This document shows, in pieces, positions 12,267 to 25,387 of a stretch of 64,000 nucleotides of DNA. Every line of letters starts with the position of its first letter. Position 1 is the first letter of the stretch. The notes under the pieces are model-generated. The model saw only the letters and a list, made by a program, of their open reading frames with translations. It searched no databases and was not told where the DNA came from. The position numbers and the translations under genes were made by a program. This DNA is from the human T2T-CHM13v2.0 reference genome, Homo sapiens. Location of the stretch: the NCBI RefSeq assembly GCF_009914755.1, contig NC_060938.1; one strand, 5' to 3'.

Positions 12267-13083
12267 GTGAGGCCCACCTTCCCCAGGTGAGGGGGTTAGG
12301 ACGCCCAGACAAGGAGCATGCCAGTTGGAGCTAAACCCCTGAAGTCAGCCGGCCCTCCCTCCCCATCCCTAACTTCTGTTTCTCCCGAGAGCCCTGCCTG
12401 GTGGGCCTTGTTGCCATCATTCTACAGATGGAGAAGCTGGGGCTTCAGAGACTTGAGGCTACTCTGATGTCTAATAGACATCTGTGCAGATGGTGGCTCC
12501 GGGGTTCTCCATCAGATCTCGCCAGTATACCCCGGGGCCTGTCTGGCTGGAAAAGTTTATTGGCTTCGTGACCTTTGGCAAGTCACCCAACTTCTCCAAG
12601 CCTCAGTTTCTTGACCTGTAAAATGGTGGCATTACCTTCTGCCCTGTATACCTCACAGGTGTGGGTTCTGGTCAAGATGACTCCTGGGACTGGATCATAT
12701 TAATGAAGGATTTGGGAAGGTTAAAAACAAAATTAAAAGCGTTGTGTTCCACATGGGTCGAGCGTGTAGTTTAGCCCCCACATGAACCTGGTGTGTGCCG
12801 TCCCTCCCGACCTCTCCCCACCCCTTGGGCTTTGCACCTACCTTGTTGCTGCTACAAGAACAGGTTGAGGCAGTGATGCTTGGGGGAGCCGGGGGCAGGT
12901 TGGGGAGGGTAGATTCCTGAATCCATGGGCTTCTGGGGCTCTGCCTCCCATAGGGACCCTCTAGCCCCAAAAGTGCCTGTGACAGGATGGGCCCCAAGCT
13001 GTCTGTCATGGAACACACTGCTTAGGGTGGTTCTGGTCCTGGCGCTCATGCCAGTCAGCAGATCTCACTTCCCACCTCTCCAG

Positions 13084-13221
13084 GATTAGCTTGGCAGGTG
13101 TGGAGCCCTCGTTGGTGCAGGCAGCCCTGGGGCAGTTGGTGCGGCTCTCCTGCTCAGACGACACTGCCCCGGAATCCCAGGCTGCCTGGCAGAAAGATGG
13201 CCAGCCCATCTCCTCTGACAG
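13084..13221 (+). CDS. PAPLN: Papilin Ig1, first half
   Basis: cag|G ATT...GACAG|gtgggt; 138 nt; VRLSC...WQKDGQPI. Confidence 0.94.
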
Positions 13222-13502
13222 GTGGGTGAGAGTCCCCCCACCTCCTCTGACAGGTGTGACAGCCCCCCTACCTTCCCTGACAGGTGTGTGTGACAGCTCC
13301 CCCACCTCCTCTGATAGGTGTGACAGACCCCCTCCTCCTTTGACAGGTGTGTGTGACAGCCCCCCTACCCCCTCTGACAGGTGTGTGTGACGGCCCCCCG
13401 ACCTCCTCTGACAGGTGTGTGTGACAGCCCCCCGACCTCCTCTGACAGGTTCACGTGACAGCTCCCTCCACCTCCGCTGACAGGTGTGTGTGACAGCCTC
13501 CC
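13209..13502 (+). repeat. Minisatellite, about 9 units of 30-34 bp, consensus TCCTCTGACAG GTGT(GTGT)GACAG CCCCCC(A/G)ACC
   Basis: Units read directly; the first unit overlaps the exon end and donor at 13221. Confidence 0.92.
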
Positions 13503-13649
13503 CTGAAGCATATTCCCCCAGCCTCACTTGGGGTGGGAGGGTGCTCTGTAGACTCTGGTCCCCTCTGGCACGAGCACCGAGGCGGAGGGAAGACTCACTG
13601 TTGCCCTTGGGAGCCCAGAGCTCATGTCCTCCCACACCACCCCACTCAG

Positions 13650-13774
13650 GCACAGGCTGCAGTTCGACGGATCCCTGATCATCCACCCCCTGCAGGCAGA
13701 GGACGCGGGCACCTACAGCTGTGGCAGCACCCGGCCAGGCCGCGACTCCCAGAAGATCCAACTTCGCATCATAG
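13650..13774 (+). CDS. PAPLN: Papilin Ig1, second half
   Basis: cag|G CAC...ATAG|gtctct; 125 nt; DGSLII...EDAGTYSC. Confidence 0.94.
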
Positions 13775-14026
13775 GTCTCTGTCCCCACCCCATCCACCAG
13801 TGCGTTCTCAGGGGCCCGAGTGGGAAGGCCAGGATGGGGAGCCTGACCGAGGGCTGCCTCACGCTAGAGGGGCCCAGGGTGTCTCTCTGAGTCAATTCCT
13901 CCTGCTGGCAGGGACCACCCTGTGGCCCTCATTTCTCCGTAAGTCCCTGCTGGTCTCATGGCCCGCCCTTCCTTCCACTCCCTTTTCCTCACAGCTCACA
14001 CCTTGTTTCTCCTGGCCTCATGACAG

Positions 14027-14165
14027 GGGGTGACATGGCCGTGCTGTCTGAGGCTGAGCTGAGCCGCTTCCCTCAGCCCAGGGACCCAGCTCAGGACTTT
14101 GGCCAAGCGGGGGCTGCTGGGCCCCTGGGGGCCATCCCCTCTTCACACCCACAGCCTGCAAACAG
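14027..14165 (+). CDS. PAPLN: Papilin inter-Ig linker exon (GGDMAVLSEAELSRFPQPRDP...PANR)
   Basis: cag|GG GGT...AACAG|gtaaga; 139 nt, phase 1-2 fits both neighbours. Confidence 0.88.
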
Positions 14166-14808
14166 GTAAGAACTCAGCAATGCCATCTTGCCCTCCCCCA
14201 CGCCAGGGCCAGGGCCGGGGGTCTCAGTGGATAAGGAGGGGAACGTCTGCTGTGACCAGGCCTTGCCAGCCCCTGCTCAGGGCTCTGGGAGGCCAGGCCT
14301 AGAAAAACAGGGCTCCCAGAGCTGGGCCTCTTGAGGAAGAAGCTTCTGGGAACGGTGCAGTTCTACAGGCTCAGGACTCAGGAACTGAGGAAGGGAAGGG
14401 CACACACAGCTAGAGGGCCTGAGCCGGCTTCTTTGAGGAGCGTCTTGAGCTGGCCTTGAGGAATGGTTCAGTTTACAGAGGGGGTGTGGAGGACCGGAGG
14501 GGGTGCCCAACTCAAAGACCTAGTGGCAAATGTGCAGGGTGGGGGGTGACAGATGGGGATCCTGGCTGGTGGGTGTGTCTGGCCAGCTGTGGTGGAGGGG
14601 CAGGGAGTGGTAGTGGCGGGGAGGCAGCTTTAGACTTCACCCCAGGTAGTTATTGACCATTTCCTAACCAGAACAAGGCAGGGGATTTTAGGAAGCTGAA
14701 TCTGGCTGGAGAGGGAGAAGGGGCCACCAGGCTTGTGCAGAGGTGCCCATGGGAGTAGGCGGGGGCAACGGCAAGGGCCCCTCATGCTGTGGGCTGCTTG
14801 TTTGGCAG

Positions 14809-14946
14809 GCTGCGTTTGGACCAGAACCAGCCCCGGGTGGTGGATGCCAGTCCAGGCCAGCGGATCCGGATGACCTGCCGTGCCGAAGGCTTCCCGCCCC
14901 CAGCCATCGAGTGGCAGAGAGATGGGCAGCCTGTCTCTTCTCCCAG
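14809..14946 (+). CDS. PAPLN: Papilin Ig2, first half
   Basis: cag|G CTG...CCCAG|gtttat; 138 nt; MTCRAEGFPPPAIEWQRDGQP. Confidence 0.95.
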
Positions 14947-15496
14947 GTTTATTTGACTCCTCTCCCCTTCCTCCTATTCTGCCTCCAGCCCCACCTTATC
15001 CTATGGAGGCCACCGGGGAAGGGAGCTGCTAGGGCATGGTCATGGCCAGTCCTGAGCCGGACTCCAGGGCCTCTTGAGAGATGGAGCAGCTGGGCAAAGG
15101 GCTCCTTGGGTTGGCTAACATTTGAGTCTCTGGGCCTTTCCAGAATGTGGTTAGTGGACAGAAATAAGAGGCCAGCTAACAGAGGTGATGACGGAAGAAG
15201 AAAATGGAGTCAGAACACATTCCCAGCTATAACCATAATGGCTACCCTTTACTGAGCAGGCACTGAGTATGAGGCTTGTGCTCTATCACGTGACCTGCAA
15301 AAAAGCCATATTGAGCAGGTGCTGTTTTCCCCCCATTTTACACACAGAAGCTTAACATCACACAGCTTATAAGCAGCAGAACCAGTATTTGAGCCCATTA
15401 AATGAGTATAGCAAAAACTAGAAACCCAAACCGAAATTTTGTATCAGAAAACTTGAAATGGTTTATACAGTTAAGCTTAAAAGCCAGACATTTTCG

Positions 15497-15736
15497 GCCA
15501 GTCGCAGTGGCTCACGCCTGTAATCCCAGCACTATAGGAGGCCGAGACGGGGGTGGATCACGAGGTCAGGAGTTCAAGACCAGCCTGTCCAAGATGCTGA
15601 AACCCCATCTCTACTAAAAATACAAAAATAGCCAGGCGTGGTGGCACATGCCTGTAATCCCAGCTACTCGGGAGGCTGAGGGAGAATTGCTTGAACCTGG
15701 GTGGCAGAGGTTGCAGTGAGCTGAGATCGCACCACC
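15497..15736 (+). mobile_element. Alu, 3'-truncated (no A-tail)
   Basis: Alu consensus ends abruptly at GAGATCGCACCAC. Confidence 0.9.
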
Positions 15737-15939
15737 GAAAGCGCCAGCAGCTGCAGGTGTAAAGTCTGAGGCCAAATGGTCCTTCTGTCAGACCCCACCA
15801 AACACTAGGGGATGCTTAGCCTCTCACCAGGGACCTAGAAGACCTTGTGTTCCCTCCCTGACCCCATGCTCGAGGGACGGAGCTGGAGGAGAGGGGAGGC
15901 TCCTTGGGCTGGAGCCAACTGGCTGTACTTGGTCCCCAG

Positions 15940-16067
15940 ACACCAGCTGCAGCCTGATGGCTCCCTGGTCATTAGCCGAGTGGCTGTAGAAGATGGCGGC
16001 TTCTACACCTGTGTCGCTTTCAATGGGCAGGACCGAGACCAGCGATGGGTCCAGCTCAGAGTTCTGG
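15940..16067 (+). CDS. PAPLN: Papilin Ig2, second half
   Basis: cag|A CAC...CTGG|gtaaag; 128 nt; DGSLVI...EDGGFYTC. Confidence 0.95.
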
Positions 16068-16161
16068 GTAAAGTGGCAGTCCTGAGTGGCCTTTGAGGTC
16101 AGGTGGCATGGGTAGGGCAGGATCTTCATAGTGGCTGACAGTGACTTGTCCTTGTGCCCAG

Positions 16162-16270
16162 GGGAGCTGACAATCTCAGGACTGCCCCCTACTGTGACAG
16201 TGCCAGAGGGTGATACGGCCAGGCTATTGTGTGTGGTAGCAGGAGAAAGTGTGAACATCAGGTGGTCCAG
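16162..16270 (+). CDS. PAPLN: Papilin Ig3, first half
   Basis: cag|GG GAG...TCCAG|gtaaag; 109 nt; EGDTARLLC...IRWSR. Confidence 0.94.
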
Positions 16271-16477
16271 GTAAAGGCTCTATTCCAAGTTGTCCCTGTC
16301 CCCAGACCTTCACAACCTCAGGTGTGGGTGTCCACCTTTCTGCCAGGGATGTCACTGTCACCACTGCTTCCATTCCGGCTTCCAGGCCTGGTGCCAGGGG
16401 AGAGGGCTGCAGCACCCTCATCCCTACAGAGCAAAGCTCTGTAGGGCCACTGGCTCTCTGCTGGTTGGGCTACACTA

Positions 16478-16696
16478 AGGTTTCCTAACCTCAGCACTGC
16501 TGACAGTTTGGAGCTGGTAAGTTTTGGTTGCTGAGGGCTGTCCTGTGCTTTGCAGGATGTTTAGCAGCATCCAGGGCATCTACCCACTAGATGCCAGGGG
16601 CACCCTCCCCAAAGTCATGACAATAAAGAATGGCTCCAGACCCACTGCCAAATGTCCCCTGGTGGCAAAATCTCTCCTGGAGCTGTGAACCACTGG
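16478..16696. mobile_element. MER20-like hAT-Charlie DNA transposon
   Basis: ...GGCTGTCCTGTGC...GGATGTTTAGCAGCATCC...CTCCAGAC...GCCAAATGTCCCCTGG...GAACCACTG. Confidence 0.8.
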
Positions 16697-17995
16697 ACTA
16701 CACTCAGCTTTGGGGACTTTGGTGGTCTTTTACCCTAGATCAATTGGTTTTATATTTGTCCATTCATTTAGCAGCCATTTTTTGCCTCCTCCTTCCCTGT
16801 AATGTGTCAGGACTAGGCTAGGTTCTGGGGATCCTGGGGTCACCTGAGCCCCCAGAGTACTCCCGGGCAGATGGCCCAGTGTCCCAGGAGCTCCAGATGT
16901 GTTTTGTTGCAACTGCTGTCTGTGCACAGAGGAGTGTCAAGGAAGAGGGCCAGGAAATGACTTTGGCTGCACCTTAATAGCTAAGGATGGCAAAGGATGT
17001 TCTTGGTAGAGGAAGCAGCAAGTGCCAAAGGTGGGCATTTGAGAAAGGACACCAGGATAGGAACCGGCCTGTGCACTGGCTGGGAGAGGTGACGCGATTG
17101 CGGAGGGCATCTGTGTCTTGTGTGGCCTTGAGCCCAGGGAAGGCGGTGGGAGCCGCTAGAGGTGTCCCCACTGGTGTGCTCAGTCCAGCCGTCCCCTGAT
17201 CAGCCTGTCAGGCCTGCTTCTCCATGTTGGCCTCTCCTGGATCTTTCCAGCAGCAAACATGCATAGAACTCCCCTCTTCACAACCACCTTCCATTGAGCC
17301 TCTATGTCCCTGCAGACCCTATGCTGACATAGTGTCCCCTTTACAGCTGTCCATGTTGGTTGCCTCTGCCTGTTCATCTCCCTACTCACTTCTCAGGGCC
17401 TGCAGTGGGGCCGCATGTCAGCCCCTGTTCCAGGACACTGTCCTGGCCAAGGTCACTGCCTCTCTCCCTAACTCCACTGGACACCTTGCAGTCTTTACGT
17501 GACCTGTAGTGTCGTTCTGCTTGCCGTATGCTCCTTCTTGAAATTCTCCCTTCCCTCTGCTCCAGGAACTACTGTCTTCTGCTGTGCCTCAGGGCCTGTC
17601 CTTGGTTTCTCCCCGTGTGACTTGGACCACCTCATAGACATGCACTTCGCTGCGTCAGTGCGATGCTGACACACTATCTGGGTCTGGACTCTTGAGCTCC
17701 AGACTTCAAATCTGAGGCCTCCTGCTATCTCACAGGCACCCCAAATTTGAAATAGCAGAAAACAACCTCGCCATTCACCCCAGCCTTGGATCTCCCAAGG
17801 TTGGAGGGGCACCATCATCACCCAGTAACCCAACCTAGAAACCTTGGTCATTCTTGATTTCTCCCTGTCCTCCACCTGTTTGCTCTCAAGGGGTGGGAAC
17901 GGTTGGCTCTGGAATGGCCTTTGATTACCTCTTCCCTCTGTCTCCCAGACCTCCAGAGGCCCTTGATGGCTCTCCCAGTGTCCTCTCTCCTCCAG

Positions 17996-18162
17996 GAACG
18001 GGCTACCTGTGCAGGCTGATGGCCACCGTGTCCACCAGTCCCCAGATGGCACGCTGCTCATTTACAACTTGCGGGCCAGGGATGAGGGCTCCTACACGTG
18101 CAGTGCCTACCAGGGGAGCCAGGCAGTCAGCCGCAGCACCGAGGTGAAGGTGGTCTCACCAG
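17996..18162 (+). CDS. PAPLN: Papilin Ig3, second half
   Basis: cag|G AAC...CCAG|gtagga; 167 nt; DGTLLI...DEGSYTC. Confidence 0.95.
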
Positions 18163-19499
18163 GTAGGAAAGGTCTATATCCGGGGATGGGAAGGACATTC
18201 CCCAGTAGATTTACTGGTTCTCAAGGGCTGGCTCTGCAGTCTGAGGGACTCTGGTTTGAATCCTGGCTCACCCTGCCAGTTGCTGGTAGTGTGACTTGGG
18301 GCAAGGGGCTTACCTTCCTGAGCCTCATTTTCCTCCCGTCTACAGTGGGGCTGCTCCACCACCTGAGAGGGCTGTAGTGGAGATGAAGGAAATGATGCTC
18401 TGCTGGGCCCCTGGAGATAGCTTAATAGACATTAATGCATGCAGGACATTCAGACTCACCGATTTTGAGACATATGACTGACTGGAATTTCATTATAAAA
18501 CTTAAAACTTAAGGCAGACCACTAAAATCTGTCCACTCTAATCCACTCTAAACCACTAAAATCTGGCCACTTTATGGCCGTTTGACCATATAACCCAGAA
18601 AGGAAAGGGCAGGGATTATCATCACCATTTTACAAATGAGACAGGTATGCAGAGAGCGTAAGTGGTGTTTCCACCGGTCACACCGCAAATGTGGCCTACC
18701 TGGGACTAGAGCCCATGTCTTTTGACTCCCCATGTTTTTTTTTTTTACCCCCACGAAATTACTATACTTGTACCTAAGTGGAATCTTACTTGCATCATTT
18801 GATATTTGATATTGTAGCCTTACCTCCTCTAGCTACTACTCTATCATACTTCAACAAATCCAAATTGCCTGTAAGATGCATTATTTTTGTACCAAGAAAA
18901 AAATGCTGCCAGTGAAACGACACAATTCTGATACCATCAATTAGGATGCAAACCAACTTGAGAGATGTGAAAATAAGTGCATATCAGAACTGATGAAACA
19001 GATTGTGGTTCAGAGTTCACACTTACAAGAGATATGTTCAAATAAGCAGGAGGGAAAGGGGGACAGGGCTTTGCTCGTCCCCCAGCCTGTGCTTCCTTGT
19101 GTCCTTGGTTCTTGTTCACTGAGGGACTGAAGACAGAGTGGTACCTCGGGCCAAGCTGCCAATTCTCACAGGCCTGATACAGACCTTGGGGGAGTATGCC
19201 AGGCTCGGAGGTGCCAGGGCCCTTCCTGCCTGGTCTTCTGGGCATTCCTGACAATCAGGGCTGCAGCGCCATGCCAGGAGCACGGTTACACTCAGAGGGG
19301 CAGGCCTGGCTGCTTCCTGGCTGCCAGGCTGAGGGTGGAGACTGGCCAGTACTAGAAGTTGAAGGTCTGGCTGAAATGTTGCTTTGTGAGTGGGACTGAC
19401 TTGTCGGCTTCCTGTCTATGATCTCTTTAGAGATCGCCTCCCCAGGGCCCAGCTCAGTGCTTGGCATCACTAGGTGCTCATGTTGTGGCTGGAAATGTT

Positions 19500-19870
19500 G
19501 TCCAGCGGCTTTTTTCTCACCTGTTGCTCGGCGAGCGGGAGGGAGGGTTACAGGGTTCCTTCCTGCCGCTTCGCCAGCCCGCCGCCTTGACCTCTGTCCG
19601 GGGCCTCGCTCGGCCCACCGTCTCGCTCCGCCCACTTGGCCGGGCAGGCTGCGCTCCGCTGACCCGGATCCCGCACTCGTGGCGGCCCCGCGCTCAGCGC
19701 ACGGCACAGGCGGCTTCCGCACTGGGTGCTAACGTATAGACAAGGGGAACATGGTGGCGCCCGAAAACTCGGAGATGCCAGCAACCGCGGAGCCCCAAGG
19801 GGGTGTTACAGGGACAAATGTTCCCGCCGCTCGCAGCTCGGTGAACGGGAGCGTTAAAACTCGTTCTTCC
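19500..19870. promoter_or_regulatory. Small CpG-island-like element in the last PAPLN intron
   Basis: Abrupt high CpG and GC density, non-Alu; GC box (CCGCCC); GGTGGCGC CTCF-like half site near 19753. Confidence 0.6.
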
Positions 19871-20934
19871 CTCCATTCCCTCCTGCTCACCCAGCTACAA
19901 AAGCCGCGACACTCAGATACATGGTGACTAAGTGCCTGCCTGCACAATGATGGAGTTACATTGGCGAAAGCACCACACTCCAGGGACTACTTTTCACCTG
20001 TATCATGTCCAGAAAATTGACCTTGTCTACATAATAACCAAATCAAGGCTGTGTGACAAAGCAAAATGCAGATTCACAGTGAGAGAACTGTCAAGAGGAC
20101 CTAGACATTATGTTTGCGATTAGCTCCAGATGGGATTACATGGAAAACCAAACTACAATGAGAAACTTGCCTGATACCTGGTCACCACGCTGAAATGGCC
20201 TGAGATGTGTGTCCCAGATGGGACAGACATGGCCTCAGTCTGGCCACTCTCCTCCGGTCCTCTGCTGGCTGCTCTCACCTGTTCATTTTTTGTTGGGTCA
20301 TACGGTGTGCGGCTGCCTGACCCTGCCCTACTCATGGTTGGGTGGCACATTGAATTTCAGTGTTAGCACCAGGGTAGGAGGCCTTGGGGTGGTCAGGCTG
20401 AGGTAAAAGGGACATAGCTCTACTGGGAGGACTTCTCAACATCGCTGTGAAGTAGGTTGCTGTTGCTGTTATTAGTCCCATTTCACAGATGAAGAAATGT
20501 GCATAAAGGGCTTAAGCAACTTGCCCAGAGTTACCCAGCTGGCAAGTGGCAGAGCCCGGATTGAGCCCGGGCAGTATGGGTCCAGAGCTGGTGTGCTTAA
20601 TCACTATGCTGAGTTCCCACTATGATGGGTCTTGGGCTGTACCAGCTCAGAGTTGATACCAAAGTTACAGATTTTTAGAAACAATATGCATTAATGGCTT
20701 TGTTATCTATATAAATTTAGGTAGGTAATAGTCTGGTTATACCAATATACCAAACGTTTGTAAGGTTGTTCACTGCTAGGTACAGTCTTTTAGTGGTATT
20801 TTGTGAGTAAACAAGGGGAGAGAGAAAGATAAGCTTTCTCTGGCTGCTTGAGGTCTGACTTCAGGGAAGGTACCACTCTGGTCTAAGTCAGCTGAGTTTT
20901 AAGAACCCCTTCCAGAAGAGAGATGAAGCAGTAG

Positions 20935-21529
<595 letters not shown>

Positions 21530-21927
21530 TTACTTGGGGCTGATCCTACCTGCTCTCCCAATCCAGAGGCAAGAACAGTTGTCATTTAGTAATTCAGGTC
21601 TCAAACATAAGGAGTTAACTTCAAGAGATGTTTAATTATCCAGTCAATAAATATTTGGGAGTCTAGGAAGAGCTATTCAGTGGGCTGAGGCCACAAATAA
21701 TAATGGGAGGACCACTGCATGTTGAAGTGAGGCCAAGAAACAGGTAGAAATCATCATCCCTCATAGAGTTTGTACGTATGGTTAAAAGGTTACAGGGTAA
21801 GTGCACTTCGTTTTCAATCTGGCAGTTATAATGCTGTGTTCCTTTGAAGGAAATGAAATGGCAGGTGAGAATTTTCAGCATACACAGAGCTTCCTCACCA
21901 CCTTCTCTCTCCCCTGTCGTTCTGCAG

Positions 21928-22097
21928 CACCCACCGCCCAGCCCAGGGACCCTGGCAGGGACTGCGTCGACCAGCCAGAGCTGGCCAACTGTGATTTGAT
22001 CCTGCAGGCCCAGCTTTGTGGCAATGAGTATTACTCCAGCTTCTGCTGTGCCAGCTGTTCACGTTTCCAGCCTCACGCTCAGCCCATCTGGCAGTAG
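21928..22097 (+). CDS. PAPLN: Papilin last coding exon, PLAC domain, stop TAG
   Basis: cag|CA CCC...; CVDQPELANCDLILQAQLCGNEYYSSFCCASC...PIWQ*. Confidence 0.96.
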
Positions 22098-22415
22098 GGA
22101 TGAAGGCTAGTTCCAGCCCCAGTCCAAAATAGTTCATAGGGCTAGGGAGAAAGGAAGATGGACTCTTGGCTTCCTCTCTCTGGCTGGCAAAGGGAGTTAT
22201 CTTCTGGAATACATTAGCTCTTTCAAAAACCCACCCAGTGTTTAGCCTCAACGGCAGCCAGTTACCAGCTTCTCTCTGTAGCCTTCAGCAGTGTTTGCAT
22301 CTCTGACATAACCACAGGCTGCTGTTTTCAAGAAGAGCAATCTGTTTGGATAAGAAAAACCTTTACTTTACAGCTTCCCTTTATAATTTGTTACACAGGA
22401 ATAGTTAAATGCATT

Positions 22416-23035
<620 letters not shown>

Positions 23036-24034
23036 TAAAGCTAGCTGTCAGGGTTCCACTTAATTTAAAGCTGGGCAGGGAGATGTGTAATGATTTCAAA
23101 GTTAACACCTGTTTGTTTTCTAAAGGGCATGCCAAGTCCTGCTGTATCAGGGAAGTATTCTGTGCTAAAATCAGCGATGGTTCATTGCTCTAGTCTCTCT
23201 CACCCTTCTAGGCAGTGCATCAGTCAGCTCTAAATCTGGTGCAGAGGGTTAACAGCATAACCCTTGTTGGCAAAATGGAATAGATGTTAAGACCTCAAAT
23301 AGGGATTTGGGATGAAACAGCTGCAGTTAGCACTGTTATCTGAGCATGAAAGAACTGGAAACGCTCCTTACGTCGAGATGTTGGACCTTGAAGCCCTCCT
23401 GAGGCCAACATGCAAATCTGGCTGTGACGGTTCATCTGACACCTGTGTAAAGCTGACCAGCCTGCTCTGTACAGTGACAATGAGGAGCCCCTCTCTTCCT
23501 TAAGTAGGAATCTGTGAAGCAAAATGTTTGCTGCCAAAGACAAATCAGACTGTCAGTCATTAAAAACAGCATTAGCAGGATGAGGATAGCAATGGGGAAG
23601 GGTTGTGGGCAATGCAGTAACAGGGAAATGGCTTCAGAAATGGTTTGAGTTGGAAGACAACATTCTTCATCTCTCAGGACTTCTAATTCCTTGATGCTAA
23701 AAGAAGAGGCATGGATTCTATGAGCTTCCAAGTCCCTTTCCACTTTAACCTTCTACAAATCTTTCAGAGGACTGCCTAGTAGCAAAGGTTATTCCTGGAC
23801 ACAGGAAAGACGGGCATTACAGGGACCAAAGCTCTGAAAGGTGACTTTTATTACCAACACACTGGCTGGAAAAGGGACAAACCACATCACGGGTGAGTGA
23901 TACTTCTCAGTCTTCTCTACTCATTCAACAAAGGAAATGTGGGCTGGGGCAGAGGTCTTTTTTCATTTAATACTGGAAAAATATTGAAGAGCATCCATGT
24001 TCACTTATGGCTGGTTTTGCTATAGAAATTGGAA

Positions 24035-24040
24035 AATAAA
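24035..24040 (+). terminator. PAPLN: Probable PAPLN polyadenylation signal (3'UTR about 22098-24060)
   Basis: AATAAA followed by U-rich sequence, about 1.9 kb after the stop and before the NUMB 3' end. Confidence 0.7.
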
Positions 24041-24200
24041 GGCCACTTTTTTGAAATCCCCAGTTTAATTAAACCAGATTTTGGCCTATTGGTATAAACA
24101 CATCAGAAGGTAAGTTTGAGGTTAGCTAGCAGCTAACTAGTTCTAATAGAACCAGTCACAGAATAGTGGGCTAAGATTAGAGGTAAAACTCATTCTAGGC

Positions 24201-24460
24201 CAGTGGTTCTCAACTTTACCATATTGCGAGCTTAAAAAAAAAAACACAACCTGGGGGGTCCCCCTGCCCCACTAAAATTTTGATTTAATTGGTCTGGAAT
24301 ATAGGCCAGGCGTTAGGATTTTAAAAAGATATCCTCAGGTGATTCTATTGCATAGCCCAGGTTGAGAAGCACTGCCCCACCCCGCTGAGATTCTGCATTT
24401 CTAACCAGCTCCTAGGTGAAGTCCATGCTGCTGTTACAGACCACACTTTGAGCAGCAAGA
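24201..24460. mobile_element. MER5-family hAT fragments in the PAPLN-NUMB intergenic gap
   Basis: CAGTGGTTCTCAAC...AGGTGATTCT...GGTTGAGAAGCACTG terminal inverted motifs. Confidence 0.75.
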
Positions 24461-24661
24461 ATCTGACTTTAGAGATACACTCAGGATTAAAGTATGAATG
24501 AAAATATGAATCTTAAGGGTATTTTTCTAGTCACTAAACTAGGGATTTACAGCAGCAGTAGAATGGAGAGTAAGACCAAAAGAACGAAAAATAAATTCAT
24601 TTACTAATAAAGGAAAGGGGAAAGAACAGCCCTTCATGGGCAAAAGCTTCTACCATGAACA

Positions 24662-24667
24662 TTTATT
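24662..24667 (-). terminator. NUMB: Probable distal NUMB polyadenylation signal (3'UTR about 26009 to 24640)
   Basis: TTTATT on + (AATAAA on -) at the end of an AU-rich, repeat-free UTR. Confidence 0.75.
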
Positions 24668-25150
24668 TTTGTTAAAGCAGATTATAAATTTTCATCAGTA
24701 CAAATATATATAACTTACATTTGATTGTAAGGCCAACGTTCAAAAGTAAAAATGAGATGAGCTCTCTTATTGTTATCCGAGGTCAAGAGGCTGCAACTGT
24801 CAAGGGGATGTTCTCACCAAAAGGGGGTTTGGGGGAAGAGGACACACACAAAGCTAATAAAACCAGAATCCCCATCCCCACAAAACTCATGGGAACAAAA
24901 TTTAAAGGATAAAACAAAACCCACCAAGACCCATATTACAAACCAATATGGTAACCTGTGTTCCCTTCTATGGTATGATTATGTCATGTTACCTTAGTGT
25001 TAAAGGATTAACATAAGGAAACTGCAGCAATATATAAAAGATATATTCTCTATAGAGCATATTTCGATTGATTCCATTAAAATAATGACATTAGAATTCC
25101 ATCATAGGTTTAAAACCAGGACAATACTGCTTTTCCTTTATTTAAAAAAA

Positions 25151-25387
25151 ACTACAACCTAGTGACTGTATTGGTCATAAGCATGATTGTTGTTGCAATG
25201 TGCTACTTACAATGAATGACTGACAGAAAACAAGCTAGGGATCCTGTCTGCAGCTTCCAGCCTTTCCTCTTTTTATTTCAGTAGGCATCAATGATAAATC
25301 AATCTTATGTACAATTTCTTACAACTAGCCCCTTTACCTTTGGCAAGATTACTTACAACTCATACAACTTCTTAATATCTGAGAACT
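25151..25387 (-). promoter_or_regulatory. NUMB: NUMB 3'UTR motif cluster: miR-146a/b 8mer (25380-25387), miR-31 8mer (25341-25348), Pumilio element (25306-25313), Musashi-type GUAGU (25151-25155)
   Basis: Minus strand reads AGUUCUCA, UCUUGCCA, UGUACAUA and GUAGU. NUMB is an established target of miR-146a, miR-31 and Musashi; that these exact sites are the validated ones is inferred. Confidence 0.65.

Noticed and set aside
13209-13502. Repeat array superficially resembling a CRISPR array
   Set aside because: Units are contiguous with no unique spacers, there are no cas genes, and the context is a eukaryotic intron. It is a minisatellite.
13006-13797. 263-aa minus-strand ORF
   Set aside because: Antisense to PAPLN exons and the minisatellite; repetitive peptide; stop scarcity is explained by GC content.
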